64,000 nt of DNA from a bacterium. Lineage in GTDB: Bacteria > Hinthialibacterota > Hinthialibacteria > Hinthialibacterales > Hinthialibacteraceae. The notes under the pieces were generated by a model. That model saw only the letters and a list, made by a program, of their open reading frames with translations. It did no database searches and was not told the DNA's origin. A program made the translations under genes and the position numbers. Where the stretch lies: contig CAXXSM010000110.1 of NCBI GenBank assembly GCA_963663405.2, positions 125,229 through 189,228 of the forward strand, in the 5' to 3' direction. This document shows positions 60,555-64,000 of this stretch, one piece after another (within the stretch, counting starts at the first letter, position 1; each line of letters begins with the position of its first letter).

Positions 60555-61492
60555 GTGATTGTATCAAAGCAAATGATTTCATTATTAACCATCATGAGAA
60601 ATGTATCGATTTTACTGTTGCTATTTTTATCTAGCTTATTTGCTGGCGCATCCGAGTCGCTAGAATTATGGCCTCAGGGCGCGCCGGGTGAAAAGAACGA
60701 CATTGGAGTGGAACAAGACATGACCAAACCGGAGGATGGTTTTGTGGATGGCAAACGGGTAATCCGTCTTGGGAATGTCAGCGCGCCAACGATCACGTTG
60801 TATCCTGCGTCAGACTCAGAGAATACCGGCGCGGCTATGATTGTCTGTCCGGGTGGAGGGTATCGCATTTTAGCGATGGATCTGGAAGGAACCGAAGTGT
60901 GCCAGTGGCTGAATTCAATCGGAGTAAACGCCGTGCTGCTCAAATATCGTGTTCCGGCTCGAAAAGGTTTAGAGCGATACAGCGCGTCATTACAAGATGC
61001 GCAGAGGGCGTTGAGCGTTGTGCGTTCTCACGCCGCTGAATGGAACGTTGATCCCAAACGCATTGGTATTATGGGATTTTCCGCTGGCGGCCATCTTTCA
61101 GCAGCGGCCAGTACGTGTTTTGTGAAACGTTCTTACAAGCCGATCGACTCGGTGGATCAAAATCAGCTGCCGTCCGGATTTTGTTATGCTGATTTATCCT
61201 GCTTATTTGGTTCAACAAAATGGGCCGGCCATGTCACCGGAATTGACCGTGACCTCCGACACGCCGCCTACATTTTCTTTTCCAGACCGAAGACGATCCT
61301 GTGCATGTTGAAGGCTGCCTTTATTATTATCTGGCGCTCAAACAGGCCGGCGTTCGAGCGGAGATGCATCTTTTCGCCACAGGTGGACATGGGTACGGCT
61401 TGCGGGGTGGTGACACCGCTCCAAAATCGTGGCCTAAACTTGCGGAAGGGTGGCTGCGTGGATTGGGTGTTTTAAAAGGAGAAAAGTCATGA
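60555..61492 (+). pseudogene. secreted alpha/beta-hydrolase esterase (frameshifted)
   Basis: GTG 60555 with AGGAG RBS; VCPGGGY, KYRVP, GFSAGGHL; the C-terminal frame has EMHLFATGGHGYGLR. Confidence 0.85.
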
Positions 61493-62677
61493 TGACGCAT
61501 TTAGAAAAAAGAACCAATGAATGGATGAAGAAGAATGTTGTATTGTTTATATTGCTTCCCGCGCTTTTTTCGTCGAGTTTTGCCTTTGCGAATGAACAAG
61601 CCCACTTTCACCGAACTGCTTCAACCGTTTTGTCGATCAACACGAATTGGCCGGCGCCGTCGCGCTCGTAGCGGACAAAGCCAACGTGTTGTCAGTCCAA
61701 TACCGTTGGATACGCCGACGTCGCGAATCAGAAGGCGATGGAACCCGACGCGCTGTTCTGGATCGCCTCGCAGTCAAAGGCCATGACGGCGGCTGCGGTG
61801 ATGATGCTCGTGGATGAAGGAAAAATCAAACTCGATGATCCCGTGGAGAATTACTTACCGGAGTTCCGGGGACAGATGGTTATCGCGGAGAAGGATGATG
61901 AACATATGCTGCTCCGTAAGCCCTCCCATCCCATTACAGTTCGCGAAGTACTGAGCCACATGAGCGGCCTGCCGTTTCAATCGGCTATGGAGGTACCGGC
62001 TCTCGACGGTCTGCCGCTCAGGGCGGCGGCGCGCAGCTACGCCATGACGCCGTTGCGCACGGAGCCCGGCTCTCACTATGCTTATTCCAACGCCGGGATC
62101 AATACGGCGGCGCGCATCCTCGAAGTCGTAAGCGGAATGAACTATGAAGATTTCATGCAACAGCGCTTGTTTACGCCTCTTGAGATGACAGAGACCACCT
62201 TTTGGCCCACGGAAGCGCTAGCGCCGAGGATTGCCAAATCCTATCGTCCGGACACGGAAAACAAGAATCTCGTAGAGATTCTCATTGACCAACTGACCTA
62301 TCCGCTGACAGACGAAATCCACCGTTTCCCGATGCCCGCAGGCGGGCTTTTTTCCACGGCGCAAGACACGGCGCGTTTCTGCCAAATGCTTCTCAATGGC
62401 GGTGAACTGAACGGCCGGCGGTTTCTCAGTGGCGCTGCTTTTCACGAACTGACTCGACGGCAGACACCGCTATCACAAAAAACCAGCTATGGCTTCGGAC
62501 TGGTTGTGAGCGTTGATGGATTTTGGACACGGAGGCGCTTTTGCGACGAATATGGAAATTCGCACGGACAAAGATCTGGTCATGGTCTGGATGGTCCAGC
62601 ATGACGGCTTCCCGGGTGATGGTGGGAAAGCGCAGAATGTTTTCAAACAATGGGCGCTTGAGCATTTTGGAAAATAA
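61489..62677 (+). pseudogene. beta-lactamase-fold serine hydrolase (frameshifted)
   Basis: FWIASQSK (SxxK), LSHMSG, YSNAG, GGLFST, and GHGGA in the shifted frame; signal peptide in the first frame. Confidence 0.85.
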
Positions 62678-62854
62678 AACGGAATATAGAGTGGATTCCA
62701 AAAATATATTCGGATTAAATTTACGTTTCGCTCCAAAAAATCTAGGTTTTTTTATATTTTCTGGACCACTTGAAAGAACGTATGAATGAAAATCGCTCTA
62801 TGAATTAGGGCTTGGTTCTTAATGGTTATTTGATCAATATCCGTGAGAGGAAAA

Positions 62855-63492
62855 ATGAGGCAAAAAACATTTTCCGATCAATCATATTCTGTATCTTTTG
62901 TATGAATTCCCTATTTGCCTTCAGCGCTGGTTTTGATGTTGACAAACTGAAAACATTCAGCGCCATTGGGAAGGAACGTCCTGTTCTGAATGGGTACAAG
63001 GAAGGCCGAACTGTTTTACCATGTGGGGAAGGGATGTCTGACTCACATGTGGTTTGGCGGTGATTGGCCGGGGTATGATCGGACCGTACTCCCGCGTGTA
63101 TGTGGATGGCGAAGAGCGTCCCTCTATTGAGATGGAACTGGGCCTTGGTCACGGGGTTGGTTTTGGTGATGACGCTGCGCCGTGGGGCAGTGAAAAAATG
63201 GCAAGACCGGCCATCCCAGCGGTCTCTACAACACATTTAAGATTCCCTTCGGCAAAAGCATCCGTGTGACCGCGCAACGTGCAAAAGACTCGCCGGATGG
63301 GGCCCCCGTTTTGGTGGATTCATTCGAGGCACGGAAAATCTGCCTGTGACGCTGGCGGGGGTACCTCTTCTAGAAACAGCCCGGCTCCAACTCTATAAAC
63401 GAGAAAACTACATTGCCAAACCTTTAGAAGAATTTTGGCTCTGTAACGTTACTGGACCGGGCGCGCTATACTTGGTGACAATCGTAGTTTAA
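62855..63492 (+). pseudogene. DUF2961-like secreted protein, frameshifted and 3'-truncated
   Basis: Joined frames give LTHMWFGG...RVYVDGEERPSIEM...YNTFKIPFGKSIRVT...GPGALYLVTI, ending at the repeat. Confidence 0.6.
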
Positions 63493-63979
63493 CAGTGAAT
63501 AAATTCAAAACATTATGACCAATTCACCTTCTTCTGAATATCACCATTTTTACCCTTTTTTACCTATAGTCCCCCGGAATTTGGGCTAAATTTGGGCAAG
63601 AATATAAAAATGAGAAAGTGTTCTGTACCAGAATTAAAAGGCGCTTTTAAACTGCTATCAATACTTGGTCTATGATTTTTTCTTTTGTTGGCGCTGTAAA
63701 TTTTTAATTCTGTTTCCAACTTGAAAATTCGATCATGTAAAAATCGAATCTCATCTTCCCTTTCCTTATGTTGTCCAAAGAAATTACGAAATCTTTGGAT
63801 CGGATTCCATCCTACTCAACGAGTTGAGAGTATAAGAGCCTGGAGAATCAATGGAATTACTGCATGAATTACGTCTATAGAGGTTCCATTTACGAGTCTG
63901 TATTGAAAGGGGATCATATGATATAACATTAATAATGTCAAGCGATTAGAATTGGTCCGATTCGCGCTTAGCAGGCACA
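63485..63979 (-). repeat. diverged inverted copy of 13261-13757 (IS481-like left part fused to the att arm region)
   Basis: Colinear over about 490 bp, including TATACTCTCAACTCGTTGAGTAGGA, CCCAAATTCCGGGG and GGTAAAAATGGTGATATTCAGAAGAAGG. Confidence 0.9.
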
Positions 63980-64000
63980 GATCGATCCGCCCATGACAGC
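63980..64000 (-). mobile_element. further IS481-like end, interrupted by the copy at 63979
   Basis: Minus strand GCTGTCATGGGCGGATCGATC abuts TGTGCC; cut by the window edge. Confidence 0.55.

Noticed and set aside
61489-62677. Beta-lactamase regulated by the BlaI/BlaR1 pair
   Set aside because: It is over 40 kb away, looks like a general serine hydrolase in a carbohydrate locus, and no copy of the operator was noticed upstream.

Overview
An IS-riddled accessory region of a bacterial genome, with no housekeeping operons, intact RNA genes or CRISPR array. From left to right: (1) 1-13 kb is a minus-strand signalling block. A 2660-aa 14-PAS/2-GAF hybrid kinase and an NtrC-type sigma54 activator sit upstream of a well-formed -24/-12 promoter with IHF sites and three palindromic boxes, which precedes a receiver-like ORF, cheW and an MCP that the ORF track missed. 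(2) 13-26 kb holds a tRNA-Trp-fragment att-like site, a BlaI / M56-peptidase-WD40 / pilin-like operon, a PAF-AH-like hydrolase, a truncated recD2, an IS481-like element, a VapBC-type pair and a tRNA-Gly-fragment att junction. (3) 26-31 kb holds hsdM and a truncated hsdS cut by a tyrosine-recombinase + IS91-transposase element. (4) 31-47 kb is a phosphorelay cluster of Reg_prop/Y_Y_Y kinases, receivers and a REC-GGDEF cyclase, with an AT-rich insert (unknown protein, GT4, trypsin-like protease). (5) 48-64 kb is a carbohydrate-enzyme/hydrolase block that becomes heavily frameshifted, with IS1595 and ISAzo13 copies. One IS481-like family contributes about a dozen ends across the window. All calls come from reading motifs by eye; no database searches were run, and many frameshifts could be assembly errors.
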